Of a stretch of 64,000 nt of DNA, positions 8,949 through 18,838 are shown piece after piece (the first letter of the stretch is position 1; each line of letters begins with the position of its first letter). The stretch lies in assembly GCA_937896665.1 (NCBI GenBank), contig CALBNS010000087.1, forward strand, positions 38,375-102,374, in the 5' to 3' direction. The DNA is from an uncultured Clostridia bacterium (GTDB lineage: Bacteria > Bacillota > Clostridia > Lachnospirales > Lachnospiraceae). The notes under the pieces were generated by a model. That model did no database searches, had not been told where the DNA came from, and saw nothing but the letters and a program-made list of their open reading frames with translations. A program made the position numbers and the translations under genes.

Positions 8949-11300
8949 ATGGAGCAGGAAAAAGTAATTCGGATTTCTGTCCGAAATCTGGTAGAATTTC
9001 TTTTGCGAGAAGGAGATATTGACAATCGAACAGCAGGAACTTCCGACAAGGAGGCGATGCTGCTTGGCGGAAAAATTCATCGGAAAATACAGAGTCAGAT
9101 GGGTTCGAATTATCAGGCGGAGGTTTCTTTGAAAATGCAGTTTCCATGTGACGGGTTTATGCTGCAGGTAGAAGGAAGAGCTGACGGCATTCAGAAATCA
9201 GAGGATGGAGTTCTTATTGATGAAATTAAAGGTATTCTAAAGGAATTAGAGCACATTGAGCAGCCGGTGCCTGTTCATCTTGCACAGGCAAAGTGCTATG
9301 CCTGTATTTATGGCATGCAGAACAATTTATCAGAAATGACGGTGCAGATGACATATTGTCAGATGGAAACAGAAGAAATTAAGCGTTTTCAAGAGCGATA
9401 TGATATGGATACGTTAAAAGAATGGTTTTTTGCGCTGGTTTCGCAATACGAAAAATGGGCTAAGTTTCAGATGGAGTGGCAAAAAGCAAGAAATGCCTCA
9501 ATTAAGCAGATACAATTTCCGTATGTGTATCGTGATGGACAGAAGGAATTAGTGACATCGGTTTACCGGACAATTCTGCGTAAAAAGAAACTGTTTATTC
9601 AGGCCCCTACAGGAGTTGGCAAAACAATGGCGACCGTCTTCCCGGCAGTAAAAGCAGTTGGTGAAGAATTGGGTGACAAAATATTTTATCTGACTGCCAA
9701 GACAATTGCAAGAACAGTCGCAGAACAGGCATTTCAGATTTTAAAGCAGGGTGGATTACAATATAAAGTGATTTCACTGACTGCTAAAGATAAGATTTGC
9801 TTCTGTGAAGAGACGAAATGTAATCCGGAGTATTGTCCATATGCAAAAGGACATTATGACAGGGTGAATGATGCAATTTATGAAATGCTTACGGAAACGA
9901 ACGACATGAGTCGTGAAAACATTGAAAGCCATGCAAAGAAGCACAATGTCTGTCCGTTTGAAATGGCGTTAGATCTCTCATTGTGGGTAGATGCAGTGAT
10001 TTGTGACTATAACTATGTTTTTGATCCAAATGCGCATTTAAAACGATTTTTTACAGAAGGCAAAAAAGGTGAATATTTGTTTTTGATTGATGAGGCCCAT
10101 AATCTGGTAGAACGTGGTCGTGAGATGTATAGTTCAGTACTTTATAAAGGAGCATTCTTAAGTGTGAAGAAAAAAGTGAAGTATGAAAGTATGAAACTGG
10201 CACGTTATCTGGATGCCTGTAATCGGGATTTCCTAGAATGGAAAAGAGAGAGTACTTCTTATCAGATTCACAACAGTATTTCACATTTTGTATTGAAGCT
10301 GATGAATGTCTTTGGCGAACTGGAAAAGCTGATGGAAGCACAAGATGAAGTGGATGAAGAGGTGCTGGAATTTTATTTCAGTATACGGTCATTTTTGAAT
10401 ATTTATGAAGAGATAGATGAGAATTATGTGATTTATACAGAGCCGGAGGAAGAACGGTTTAAAATCAAGTTATTCTGCGTGAATCCCGCAAGGAATCTAC
10501 AGAAATTTCTAGAACAGGGGAACAGTACAATTTTCTTCTCGGCTACATTTTTGCCGATTACTTATTATAAAAAGCTATTAAGTATAGAGACGGATGACTA
10601 TGCAGTTTATGCACATTCTCCGTTTGAGGAGAAAAACAGACTCTTATTAATCGGTAATGATGTGAGTACACGCTACACGAGAAGAAATCAGGTAATGTAT
10701 GAACGGTATGCTGAGTATATCACTCAAACTATTAATATACAAAAAGGAAATTATCTGGTATTTTTTCCTTCTTATCGTTTCATGGAAGATGTATGGGAAT
10801 GTTTTCAAAAATATGTTTCAGAAGATATACATTGTATGATACAAGACCAGTATATGAATGAAGAAAAGAGAGAAATATTTTTGGGGGAATTCGAAGAAAA
10901 GAGAGAAAATAGTTTAGTTGGGTTCTGTGTGATGGGTGGCATCTTTTCAGAAGGTATCGATTTGGCAGAGGAACGGTTAATTGGTGCAATGATTGTAGGA
11001 ACAGGACTTCCACAAATCTGTAATGAGAGAGAAATATTGAAGCAGTATTTTGAAAAACAGGGGGAGAGAGGTTTTGATTATGCTTATCTTTATCCGGGGA
11101 TGAATAAAGTGCTTCAGGCAGCAGGTCGTGTAATTAGAACGGAACGAGACAAAGGGATTGTTGCACTTTTAGACGAACGATTTCAGGAGAAACAATATAT
11201 GGAAATTTTTCCAAGGGAGTGGAAGCACGTAGAAGTGTGTAATCTTCATTCGGCGAAAGATACAATAAAGGATTTCTGGGAAAAAGCTTATACCGAATGA
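8949..11300 (+). CDS. PD-(D/E)XK nuclease domain fused to an XPD/DinG (Rad3)-type Fe-S DNA helicase
   Basis: N-terminal RecB-like motifs GRADG (D79), IDEIK (D91/E92/K94) and QAKCY (Q113/Y117). Walker A APTGVGKT, a Cys cluster CFCEETKCNPEYCP...CPFE between Walker A and DEAH (LIDEAHNL), and a C-terminal helicase_C_2-like QAAGRVIR. Confidence 0.85.
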   Translation: MEQEKVIRISVRNLVEFLLREGDIDNRTAGTSDKEAMLLGGKIHRKIQSQMGSNYQAEVSLKMQFPCDGFMLQVEGRADGIQKSEDGVLIDEIKGILKELEHIEQPVPVHLAQAKCYACIYGMQNNLSEMTVQMTYCQMETEEIKRFQERYDMDTLKEWFFALVSQYEKWAKFQMEWQKARNASIKQIQFPYVYRDGQKELVTSVYRTILRKKKLFIQAPTGVGKTMATVFPAVKAVGEELGDKIFYLTAKTIARTVAEQAFQILKQGGLQYKVISLTAKDKICFCEETKCNPEYCPYAKGHYDRVNDAIYEMLTETNDMSRENIESHAKKHNVCPFEMALDLSLWVDAVICDYNYVFDPNAHLKRFFTEGKKGEYLFLIDEAHNLVERGREMYSSVLYKGAFLSVKKKVKYESMKLARYLDACNRDFLEWKRESTSYQIHNSISHFVLKLMNVFGELEKLMEAQDEVDEEVLEFYFSIRSFLNIYEEIDENYVIYTEPEEERFKIKLFCVNPARNLQKFLEQGNSTIFFSATFLPITYYKKLLSIETDDYAVYAHSPFEEKNRLLLIGNDVSTRYTRRNQVMYERYAEYITQTINIQKGNYLVFFPSYRFMEDVWECFQKYVSEDIHCMIQDQYMNEEKREIFLGEFEEKRENSLVGFCVMGGIFSEGIDLAEERLIGAMIVGTGLPQICNEREILKQYFEKQGERGFDYAYLYPGMNKVLQAAGRVIRTERDKGIVALLDERFQEKQYMEIFPREWKHVEVCNLHSAKDTIKDFWEKAYTE

Positions 11301-11322
11301 ATCCGATATAAGCTTGGGATGT

Positions 11323-12207
11323 TTATCTTTCAATATTAAAATAGTTTAGAAATTCCCAGGCGGCCTTTGAAATAGGTACGTGTTCGTTGTATACAACGGC
11401 TAGTTGTCTGGCGGGCAGGACTTCTTTCGTTTTTACAGTGAACAGTTCATCGGATTGTTGTGGAACAGAATAATCCGGCACAAAGGCAATGCCAAGTCCG
11501 ATTTTTGCAAGATCAAGCAGAAAATCATTGCTGCTGAGTTCTATTTCGGGAACCAAATCAAGTTGATGCTGTTGGAACATACTGTGTAGAAATTCACTTG
11601 TTGTGCTTCGCCTGTCAAGCATCAGGATTGGGTAATCCAGCAAATCTTTGAGAGATAGCGCCTTGTCTTTTAATTCTGAAAAGGCTTTGCCAGCGACAAA
11701 ACAATCTTGAAAATCAGCTATTTTTTTAAAGGTATAAAGGTTATTCAAGTGGGAATTCGGATAGTTGACTACAATTAAATCTACTTGTCCGGTTTCTAAT
11801 AATTCTACACATTTGAGAGAAGTCTGGTTCGTAACTTTGATATGTGTATTAGGAAATTCCTTGTGAAATCTTTTCAGATAAGGCACAAGAAAATATCGAC
11901 AAATGGTGTCGCTTGCACCGATACGGATCTGACCACCGGTAGAACCCGCCTCCATGAGCTGTGTTTCACCACGTTTAATCAGATTCATAGCAGGTTCTAT
12001 ATGGCGCAGAAGAATTTCACCTTCTGGTGTCAGCTGTACTCGTTTTGTACTTCTGATAAACAGAGTCTGATCCAATTTTTTTTCTAATGCTTTGATAGAC
12101 TGGCTTACTGCTGACTGTGAAATAAACAGTTGTTTGGATGCTTCTGAGAAGCTAAGAGTAGTTGCAACATAAAAAAATACTTTATACAATTCATAATTAA
12201 TATCCAT
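11323..12207 (-). CDS. LysR-family transcriptional regulator
   Basis: N-terminal HTH (FSEASKQLFISQSAVSQSIKALE) plus a LysR substrate-binding domain. AAGGAGGG RBS. Divergent from purL. Confidence 0.9.
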   Translation of the reverse strand: MDINYELYKVFFYVATTLSFSEASKQLFISQSAVSQSIKALEKKLDQTLFIRSTKRVQLTPEGEILLRHIEPAMNLIKRGETQLMEAGSTGGQIRIGASDTICRYFLVPYLKRFHKEFPNTHIKVTNQTSLKCVELLETGQVDLIVVNYPNSHLNNLYTFKKIADFQDCFVAGKAFSELKDKALSLKDLLDYPILMLDRRSTTSEFLHSMFQQHQLDLVPEIELSSNDFLLDLAKIGLGIAFVPDYSVPQQSDELFTVKTKEVLPARQLAVVYNEHVPISKAAWEFLNYFNIER

Positions 12208-12300
12208 TATTAGCCCTCCTTATAAATACATTATAAGCTGAAAAGAAAGAAATGACAATAAGGATTTTTTGATATGGTGTTTCAAATTGGCAGTATTTTC

Positions 12301-12329
12301 TTGATTGGAGTGGCGATTTTGTTTATAAT
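12301..12329 (+). promoter_or_regulatory. Candidate sigmaA promoter of purL
   Basis: TTGATT at 12301-12306, 17-nt spacer, TATAAT at 12324-12329. Confidence 0.55.
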
Positions 12330-12465
12330 ATGAGTAGTAGCCTTGTAAAGACGGAATAAAATTAGAGAAACTTATAAAAACGTTAAGGTATATTAATTAC
12401 CCTTATAAAGAAAAATATGTTACTATGGTTACAGTAATAAATGTACAAATCAGATGGAGGACAAT

Positions 12466-15400
12466 ATGAGCAGTGTAAAACGTGTATATGTAGAAAAAAG
12501 ACAAGAATACGCAGTAAAAGCAAAAGAATTGCAACACGAGATTAATAGTTATCTTGGAATTAAAACAGTGGAAGCTGTAAGAGTATTAATTCGCTATGAT
12601 ATTGAAAATTTATCAGATGCTACTTTCGAGACTGCATGTAATGGTATCTTTTCAGAACCACCGGTAGATATATTATACAAAGAAGAGTTTGCGGTAAAAG
12701 AAGGAAGCAGAGTATTCTCTGTAGAATATTTGCCGGGACAATTTGATCAGAGAGCAGATTCAGCAGTACAGTGCGTTCAGTTTATTAAAGAAGATGAACT
12801 TCCGGTAATCAAGTCTGCAACTACATATGTAATTGAAGGGGCGATTACAGATGAAGAGTTTGAGGCAATCAAAGCTCACTGCATCAATCCGGTAGACTCA
12901 AGAGAAACAGGAATGGAAAAACCGGAAACATTAATCACAAAGTTTGATGAGCCGGAAGATGTGAAGATTTTTGGCGGTTTCAAGGAGATGGATGAGGCAA
13001 CATTAAAAGAACTCTATGATTCTTTGGGACTTGCTATGACGTTTAAGGATTTCCTTCACATCCAGAACTATTTCAAAGGTGAAGAAAACAGGGACCCTTC
13101 TATGACAGAAATCCGTGTGCTTGATACATATTGGTCAGATCACTGCCGTCATACAACATTCTCTACAGAGTTGAAGGAAGTAACATTTGGCGAAGGTGAT
13201 TATAAAGAACCTATCGTAAATTCATACAATCAGTATCTGAGAGACCACAGTGAGATTTTTGCAGGACGTGAAGATAAATTCGTATGTCTGATGGATTTGG
13301 CACTTATGGCAATGCGTAGATTAAAACGCGAAGGCAAATTAAATGATCAGGAAGAATCGGAAGAAATTAATGCATGTAGTATTGTGGTACCGGTTGTAGT
13401 AGATGGTGTGGAAGAAGAGTGGCTTGTAAACTTTAAAAATGAGACACATAACCATCCTACAGAAATTGAGCCATTTGGTGGTGCGGCTACTTGTCTGGGC
13501 GGTGCAATCCGTGACCCGTTGTCAGGACGTACTTATGTATATCAGGCAATGCGTGTAACAGGAGCAGCAGATCCAACAGTGTCTGTAAAAGATACATTAA
13601 AAGGAAAACTTCCACAAAAGAAGATTGTACGTGAAGCGGCACACGGTTATAGCTCATATGGTAATCAGATTGGTCTTGCAACTGGTGCGGTAAAAGAAAT
13701 TTATCACCCGAATTATGTTGCAAAGCGTATGGAAATTGGTGCAGTACTTGGTGCGGCTCCAAGAAGAGCAGTTATCAGAGAAACATCTGATCCGGGCGAT
13801 ATCATCATCCTGCTTGGTGGACGTACTGGACGTGACGGCTGTGGCGGTGCAACAGGTTCTTCAAAGGTACATACAGAGGAATCTATTGAGACATGTGGAG
13901 CGGAGGTACAAAAAGGTAATCCACCAACAGAACGTAAGATTCAGCGTTTATTCAGACGTGAAGAAGTAAGTAAATTAATTAAGAAATGTAATGACTTTGG
14001 GGCAGGTGGTGTATCTGTAGCAATTGGTGAGCTGGCTGCAGGATTACAGGTAAATCTTGATAAAGTACCAAAGAAATATGCAGGTCTTGACGGAACAGAA
14101 ATTGCCATCTCAGAATCACAGGAACGTATGGCAGTGGTAGTTGATCCGAAAGACGTAGATTCATTTATGGCATATGCAAAGGAAGAAAACTTGGAAGCAG
14201 TAGAAGTTGCTGTTGTAACAGAAGAACCAAGATTAGTATTATCATGGAGAGGAAAAGAAATCGTAAATATTTCAAGAGCTTTCCTTGATACAAATGGTGC
14301 ACATCAGGAGACAACAGTTGCGGTAGATATCCCAAATAGAGAAGACAGTATTTTAGTGAGAGCAGAAGTAGAAGATGTTAAAGAAAAATGGCTTTCTACA
14401 CTGCAGGATTTGAATGTTTGTTCACAAAAGGGTCTTGTGGAAATGTTCGATGGTTCTATCGGAGCTGGTTCAGTATTTATGCCACACGGTGGAAAATACC
14501 AGATGACAGAGACACAGGCAATGGTTGCAAAATTACCTGTTCTCACAGGCAAATGCGATACAGTAACAATGATGAGCTTTGGCTTTGATCCATATTTATC
14601 AAGCTGGAGTCCATACCATGGTGCAGTATATGCAGTATTAGAATCCGTTGCTAAGATTGTGGCAAACGGTGGAGATTACAGCAAGATTCGTCTGACATTC
14701 CAGGAATATTTCAGACGTATGACAGAGGATCCATCAAGATGGAGTCAGCCATTTGCAGCACTTCTTGGTGCATATGATGCTCAGTTAGGTCTTGGTCTGC
14801 CGTCAATCGGCGGAAAAGACAGTATGTCAGGAACTTTCCAGGATATTGATGTACCGCCTACATTAGTATCGTTTGCAGTGGATGTTGCAACACAGAAAGA
14901 CATTATCACACCGGAATTAAAGAAGGAAGGCAATAAGTTAATCTGGGTTCGTGCAGAAAAAGACAATTATGATTTACCGGTATATGAAAAAGTGATGGAA
15001 CAATACGGTAAATTCCGTGAAGATATTCAGAATGGCAATATTGTATCTGCATATGCATTAGACAGACATGGTATCGCTGCAGCAGTAAGTAAGATGGCAT
15101 TTGGAAATGGCATTGGTGTGAAGATAGAGCACAACGTGGATAAGAGAGATTTATTTGCTCCTGCATTTGGTGATATTATTGCAGAAGTACCTGCTGAATG
15201 TGTATCTAAACTTGCGATTGCTTATACTGTAATTGGTGAAGTGACAGCCGATGAAAAGATTTCTTACTGCGATATGAGTATTTCATTAGAGGAAGGTGTG
15301 AATGTATGGAAAGCACCTTTAGAGAAGGTATTCCCTTCGGTGGCAGGACAGGATGGAGCAAAAGCTGTGAAAGAAGAGTTATTTAACGCAGACAGTATTT

Positions 15401-16221
15401 GTGTATGTACACATAAGATTGCGCAGCCAACTGTATTTATTCCTGTATTCCCAGGAACAAACTGCGAGTATGACAGTAGAAAAGCATTTGAACATGCGGG
15501 TGCAAAAGTAATTACGAAAGTATTCAAAAACTTAGATGCTGCAGATATCCGTGATTCAGTGGAGGTGTTTGAAAAAGCGATTGCGCAATCACAGATGATT
15601 ATGTTCCCGGGTGGATTTAGCGCGGGTGATGAACCAGACGGTTCGGCAAAATTCTTCGCTACAGCATTCCAAAATGCGAAACTGAAAGAAGCAGTAGAAA
15701 AAATGCTGAATGAACGTGATGGACTTGCTCTTGGTATCTGTAATGGTTTCCAGGCATTAATCAAATTAGGTCTGGTTCCATATGGTAAGATTTGCGGTCA
15801 GACAGAAGGAGCACCAACTCTTACTTACAATACAATCGGACGTCATATTTCTAAGATGGTATATACAAAAGTTGTTACCAATAAATCGCCATGGTTACAG
15901 CAAGCACAATTAGGCGGCGTTTACACAAATCCTGCTTCTCATGGAGAGGGTCGTTTCGTAGCACCGGAGTCAGTATTGAACGAATTGTTCGCGAATGGAC
16001 AGGTTGCAACACAATACTGTGATCTTGCAGGAAATATTACAATGAATGAAGAATGGAATCCGAATGGTTCTTATAGAGCAATTGAAGGTATTACAAGTCC
16101 TGACGGACGTGTACTTGGTAAGATGGCTCACTCAGAACGTCGTGGTGACTCTGTAGCAATCAATATTTATGGGGAACAAGACCTGAAGATTTTCGAATCT
16201 GGAGTTGCATATTTTAAATAA
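12466..16221 (+). CDS. purL: Phosphoribosylformylglycinamidine (FGAM) synthase, single-chain large form
   Basis: About 1250 aa with the synthetase core (ETHNHPTEIEPFGGAATC) and a C-terminal glutaminase domain (GICNGFQ). ATG 12466 lies 5 nt after GGAGG; ATG 12454 is an alternative. Confidence 0.95.
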   Translation: MSSVKRVYVEKRQEYAVKAKELQHEINSYLGIKTVEAVRVLIRYDIENLSDATFETACNGIFSEPPVDILYKEEFAVKEGSRVFSVEYLPGQFDQRADSAVQCVQFIKEDELPVIKSATTYVIEGAITDEEFEAIKAHCINPVDSRETGMEKPETLITKFDEPEDVKIFGGFKEMDEATLKELYDSLGLAMTFKDFLHIQNYFKGEENRDPSMTEIRVLDTYWSDHCRHTTFSTELKEVTFGEGDYKEPIVNSYNQYLRDHSEIFAGREDKFVCLMDLALMAMRRLKREGKLNDQEESEEINACSIVVPVVVDGVEEEWLVNFKNETHNHPTEIEPFGGAATCLGGAIRDPLSGRTYVYQAMRVTGAADPTVSVKDTLKGKLPQKKIVREAAHGYSSYGNQIGLATGAVKEIYHPNYVAKRMEIGAVLGAAPRRAVIRETSDPGDIIILLGGRTGRDGCGGATGSSKVHTEESIETCGAEVQKGNPPTERKIQRLFRREEVSKLIKKCNDFGAGGVSVAIGELAAGLQVNLDKVPKKYAGLDGTEIAISESQERMAVVVDPKDVDSFMAYAKEENLEAVEVAVVTEEPRLVLSWRGKEIVNISRAFLDTNGAHQETTVAVDIPNREDSILVRAEVEDVKEKWLSTLQDLNVCSQKGLVEMFDGSIGAGSVFMPHGGKYQMTETQAMVAKLPVLTGKCDTVTMMSFGFDPYLSSWSPYHGAVYAVLESVAKIVANGGDYSKIRLTFQEYFRRMTEDPSRWSQPFAALLGAYDAQLGLGLPSIGGKDSMSGTFQDIDVPPTLVSFAVDVATQKDIITPELKKEGNKLIWVRAEKDNYDLPVYEKVMEQYGKFREDIQNGNIVSAYALDRHGIAAAVSKMAFGNGIGVKIEHNVDKRDLFAPAFGDIIAEVPAECVSKLAIAYTVIGEVTADEKISYCDMSISLEEGVNVWKAPLEKVFPSVAGQDGAKAVKEELFNADSICVCTHKIAQPTVFIPVFPGTNCEYDSRKAFEHAGAKVITKVFKNLDAADIRDSVEVFEKAIAQSQMIMFPGGFSAGDEPDGSAKFFATAFQNAKLKEAVEKMLNERDGLALGICNGFQALIKLGLVPYGKICGQTEGAPTLTYNTIGRHISKMVYTKVVTNKSPWLQQAQLGGVYTNPASHGEGRFVAPESVLNELFANGQVATQYCDLAGNITMNEEWNPNGSYRAIEGITSPDGRVLGKMAHSERRGDSVAINIYGEQDLKIFESGVAYFK

Positions 16222-16227
16222 AAATAC

Positions 16228-16256
16228 TTGACTTATATGAAATATCGCACTATACT
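16228..16256 (+). promoter_or_regulatory. Candidate sigmaA promoter of gdhA
   Basis: TTGACT at 16228-16233, 17-nt spacer, TATACT at 16251-16256. Confidence 0.55.
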
Positions 16257-16294
16257 TAAAAAATGAATTAAGGCAAAGGGTCGTACAGAGATAA

Positions 16295-17671
<1,377 letters not shown>

Positions 17672-17751
17672 GGCGAAAATGTATAAAAGAAATTAAAAAA
17701 TATGAAATGCTGGATTGGTTAAGAATAGCTTAAATCCAGCATTTCTTTGTC

Positions 17752-18606
17752 TTACGATTCAATATTGTTTCGATAATCGGAAGGGGAAATTCCCTTCAAT
17801 TTTTTAAAGGTCCTGCTGAAGTAAAAAGGATTATCATAACCGACAATATTTGCTATTTCGGTAATGTTATACTGATTGCTTTTGAGGAGAACTTCGGCAT
17901 TATATATGCGAACTGATAATATGTATTGTAGTGGTGTAAATCCGGTATACTGTTTAAAGTTGCGGATGAACCAACTGGTGCTCATATTATGACTTGCCGC
18001 ATAGTCTTCGATATTTATTTCCTCGTTATAATGTTCGTTGAAATATATGGTAGCAGCATCAATATCTTCTGCAATCTTACTGTTAGTCATTTTGGAACTT
18101 GTTTGAGAATGTCTATGAATCATTACAAAAATTTCTCTTAAATGCATTTCCAGCATTTCTGCATAGTGTTCCTTACACATTTGTAGTTCCTGAATCATGG
18201 TGCGAAAATGATTTTGGTAATCGAGTCCCTTTCCACAGTAAAAGACATGTTTATTCTTGGTAAGTCCGTAGGAGCGAAGGATATTCGTTACATCACCACC
18301 AGTAAAGTGGACCCAATATACTTCCGTCTGGTCTTCGCCATAGTATTCATACTTTTGAGGTTCTTTTGGTCGATAAAGTATCATATGTCCGGAAGTAACG
18401 ATTTCTTCTTTGCTGTTGAAATGAAAATGTGCCTTTCCCGATGCAATATATATAAGCTGGAAGTCTAGTCTGCCTCTTGGTCTCCATGTTGGAAGTTTTT
18501 GCCGTGTATATAAGTGATATGTACCACAACTGGTTACGATTAAAGGTTTGCTTTTGTCCTTAATGTCTATTTTAGTGTTATTTAAGTATGCATTGTTTGT
18601 ATACAT
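17752..18606 (-). CDS. AraC-family transcriptional regulator (cupin sensor plus HTH), likely the lacLM regulator
   Basis: C-terminal AraC HTH (ITEIANIVGYDNPFYFSRTFKK). ATG 18606 is preceded by AGGAGG; the track start 18684 is over-extended. Divergent from lacL. Confidence 0.85.
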   Translation of the reverse strand: MYTNNAYLNNTKIDIKDKSKPLIVTSCGTYHLYTRQKLPTWRPRGRLDFQLIYIASGKAHFHFNSKEEIVTSGHMILYRPKEPQKYEYYGEDQTEVYWVHFTGGDVTNILRSYGLTKNKHVFYCGKGLDYQNHFRTMIQELQMCKEHYAEMLEMHLREIFVMIHRHSQTSSKMTNSKIAEDIDAATIYFNEHYNEEINIEDYAASHNMSTSWFIRNFKQYTGFTPLQYILSVRIYNAEVLLKSNQYNITEIANIVGYDNPFYFSRTFKKLKGISPSDYRNNIES

Positions 18607-18838
18607 ATATCCTCCTTGATGTGATAAGTTCATTTTTTTAATGTATAATTTGATGAAAAACACAATAAAATGTACATATTTCAATTAATTGTATCATTTT
18701 GTGCATGTTTTGTCCAATTCTTGATATGTATTTTTAAAAGTGGGTTTAGTATAATTAAGATACTGAATAAGTAAAAACAATTTGGAACGGCGAGATTACA
18801 AATTACTAATTGTAAAATAAAGAAAAGAGAGGACAATT

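Noticed and set aside
12208-12453. Looked for a purine or ZTP riboswitch upstream of purL. Also looked for a SAM riboswitch or T-box upstream of metA (37255-37379), glnS (30733-30892) and asnA (35715-35867).
   Set aside because: No conserved cores are visible (purine-type junction, ZTP GGGTCG...CCGCCTGGGC, SAM-I, or the T-box GGTGGTACCGCG). The leaders are short or unstructured.
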